Positions 63,878 to 64,000 of a stretch of 64,000 bases of DNA are shown in pieces. The position numbers and the translations under genes are program-made. Under the pieces are notes generated by a model. The model ran no database searches. It had not been told where the DNA came from and worked only from the letters and a program-made list of their open reading frames with translations. Origin of the DNA: an uncultured Pelagibacteraceae bacterium (GTDB lineage Bacteria; Pseudomonadota; Alphaproteobacteria; Pelagibacterales; Pelagibacteraceae); contig CACHRX010000001.1 of NCBI GenBank assembly GCA_902582385.1, positions 24,134 through 88,133 of the forward strand, in the 5' to 3' direction. Position 1 is the first letter of the stretch, and every line of letters starts with the position of its first letter.

Positions 63878-64000
63878 CTACAGCTTTAATAACTGGTGGA
63901 TTAGGATTTATAGGATCAAATTTAGCAAAACAACTTTTAAAAAAAAAAGTTGTAAAAAAATGTATTTTATTGGATGTGTTTGCTGGATATGTAAACCCAA
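63874..64000 (+). CDS. NAD-dependent epimerase/dehydratase, N-terminus (runs off the window)
   Basis: MTTALITGGLGFIGSNLA...; ATGA overlap with the upstream gene. Confidence 0.85.
   Translation, partial: MTTALITGGLGFIGSNLAKQLLKKKVVKKCILLDVFAGYVNP

Larger units (their letters stand above)
54790..64000. other. Start of surface-glycan biosynthesis island (SAR11 HVR2-like)
   Basis: Only nucleotide-sugar and glycan-modification genes, beginning right after the lone 5S rRNA. Confidence 0.85.

Overview
This is a very AT-rich, densely packed alphaproteobacterial window. It is most consistent with SAR11 (Pelagibacterales), inferred from the tiny intergenic gaps, the two-piece tmRNA with tag ANESYALAA, and a lone 5S rRNA bordering a glycan island. 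Positions 1-54.7 kb are mostly core genome: ilvI, miaA, degP, hflCK, mrp, thyX, tmRNA, ppdK, glyQS, isoprenoid genes, aroC, rpoH, purA, thiD, glmM, folP, ftsH, tilS, tol-pal, yebC, zapA, tkt-gap-pgk-fba, efp, rpmE, rpsU, tal and pntAB. This part also holds two tRNAs and two small ORFs missing from the ORF track (L36 and cytochrome c oxidase subunit IV). Beyond the 5S rRNA (54.8-64 kb) is the start of a surface-glycan hypervariable island (HVR2-like). It carries gmd/fcl and a cassette of GT2, AsnB, methyltransferase and GT-C genes, divergent from an amino-sugar aminotransferase. Most notable observations: (1) rpsU has a very strong Shine-Dalgarno and a probable AUU start, suggesting autoregulation. 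(2) The 5S rRNA may lead a 5S-rpmJ-coxIV-pntAB-tal polycistron, with a hairpin hiding the coxIV start. (3) A phage/MOC1-type resolvase occupies the ruvCAB slot. (4) GAPDH has NADP-type signature residues. (5) tRNA-Arg has a UCG anticodon. (6) 6S RNA, serB and sspB are absent from their usual positions. All calls were made by eye; no searches were run.
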